From an uncultured Acidobacteriaceae bacterium (GTDB lineage Bacteria; Acidobacteriota; Terriglobia; Terriglobales; Acidobacteriaceae), in assembly GCA_964563875.1 (NCBI GenBank), contig CAZLZA010000016.1:2518-66517 (forward strand): 64,000 nucleotides of DNA, read 5' to 3'. Shown here piece by piece: positions 63,147 through 64,000 of the stretch. The notes under the pieces were generated by a model. It saw only the letters and a program-made list of their open reading frames with translations, was not told where the DNA came from and did not search any database. Each line of letters opens with the position of its first letter. Positions within the stretch are counted from its first letter, which is position 1. The position numbers and the translations under genes are program-made.

Positions 63147-63240
63147 TCAGCATCCGGCGCGCGAGACAACCAAGCCTTTCGCGGGTGCATCGGCACCTGC
63201 GGCATACCGGCAAGGGGCCAGGGATTCTCAGTCAGAAATT

Positions 63241-64000
63241 CTAGTCAACCTCATGCTTGGCCGTGTAGCCATCGCGCGTCAGCACTTGGTACTTGAGCTC
63301 TTTGCCTTTCTGATCTTTCACAATCAGCGGCTTGTCCGTGCCCGGTTGCACCACCTGCACTTTCAGTTTGCGGTAGGTGCCGTCCCGTTTGGAGTTGGTC
63401 GGGCGATAGGTAATGGTGTACTGGTTGCGCACGGCGGATGCAATCTCGCGGAAGTCATCCGGCAACTCGCCCTCGAAGCGCGGACTGAACCAGCGTCCGC
63501 CGGTCATCTTGGCGAACGTACTCATCTCATTATCGGCCTGCAGAAAATCCATATTGCGCAGGGCTGCCGACATTCCCCCGCGGGCCTCCATGTAATTCCG
63601 CCACAGGAAGCCGGTGCTGATCGTGTAGATCGTCACATTGGGCGTGGCCTTGATTTTTTTCAGAACTTTGTCGTAAGTAATTCTGCTGAACGTATCCAGC
63701 CCGCTGCTGATCAGAATCACTTCCTTGCGGCCATCAATCCGGTCCAATCGGTCCAGGGTGTCGTAAAGCGCGTCGAACAAGTTGGTGTCGCTGAAGCCGG
63801 GGATGCGCAGAGTGTTCAGCGCACCATAAATCGCCTGCTTGTCAGAGGTGAAGTCCACCAGAATGCTCGGCTTCAAGTCGTAACTGATGACCGAAACATA
63901 ATCGTTCTTCTGCATCTGATCGGTAAACGCATACGACGCCCGCAGCGCGTCATAAAGGAATTGCCTGCGGCTGACCTGGAAGGCCGGAGTGGAGGCGAAC
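63241..64000 (-). CDS. VWA-domain protein (Acidobacteria-type VWFA-related), N-terminus outside the window
   Basis: The reading frame stays open upstream of the listed Met (63915) to the window edge. VWA-like LFDALYDTLDRL...EVILISSGLDT...TIYTIS, and a C-terminal YTITYRP...GTYRKLKVQV beta-sandwich-type tail. Confidence 0.75.
   Translation of the reverse strand, partial: FASTPAFQVSRRQFLYDALRASYAFTDQMQKNDYVSVISYDLKPSILVDFTSDKQAIYGALNTLRIPGFSDTNLFDALYDTLDRLDRIDGRKEVILISSGLDTFSRITYDKVLKKIKATPNVTIYTISTGFLWRNYMEARGGMSAALRNMDFLQADNEMSTFAKMTGGRWFSPRFEGELPDDFREIASAVRNQYTITYRPTNSKRDGTYRKLKVQVVQPGTDKPLIVKDQKGKELKYQVLTRDGYTAKHEVD

Noticed and set aside
1-64000. Mobile genetic elements, prophage, or defence islands (restriction-modification, toxin-antitoxin, CBASS and the like)
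   Set aside because: No transposase, integrase, recombinase, phage structural gene or recognisable defence gene motif was seen in any listed ORF. The only hints of horizontal acquisition are compositional (1805-2281 and 26416-27441).

Overview
This is a high-GC bacterial chromosomal segment. By inference only, it looks like an Acidobacteriota genome: it has a VWFA-type protein, CarboxypepD_reg-like and FecR/W-rich secreted proteins, and many PAS histidine kinases. I can support about 58 protein-coding genes. I recognised no rRNA, tRNA, CRISPR array, transposase or integrase.

**Flanks.** These are mostly ordinary housekeeping genes:
- uvrC, glgA, rsmA, ruvC and rpsU
- an M1 peptidase and a giant GH13 enzyme
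- ychF, htpX, moxR and panE
- a ccmF-ccmH operon

**Molybdenum island (about 23.3-46.9 kb).** This is the striking part of the window.
- A nifU-nifS-xdhC operon on the minus strand. Its XdhC carries an internal tandem duplication.
- A divergent, roughly 13-kb, tightly coupled plus-strand operon (26416-39772), in this order:
  1. a MoeA-like Moco-binding protein
  2. a Desulfovibrio-type single-chain aldehyde oxidoreductase (Mop)
  3. a GltD/FAD/FeS/CCG fusion oxidoreductase
  4. a 70-aa 2xCxxC protein
  5. a SAM methyltransferase
  6. a C-GCAxxG-C-C protein
  7. a MocA-like NTP transferase fused to an HD domain
  8. a Zn-ribbon radical SAM enzyme
  9. a PaaK/F390-synthetase-like ligase
  10. 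a histidine phosphatase
  11. an ArsM-like methyltransferase
- After the operon come two unknown proteins, modCB/modA, and two more MoeA paralogues, one fused to a PBP domain.

The accessory set behind Mop has no collectively assigned function that I know of. It is my main candidate for an undescribed cofactor-tailoring or maturation system.

**Secondary observations.**
- A repeat/hairpin cluster and long non-coding stretches at 1.36-3.06 kb
- A sigma54-like -24/-12 element in the divergent promoter of the island
- Direct repeats in the mod promoter
- An unusual tail on the ccm operon
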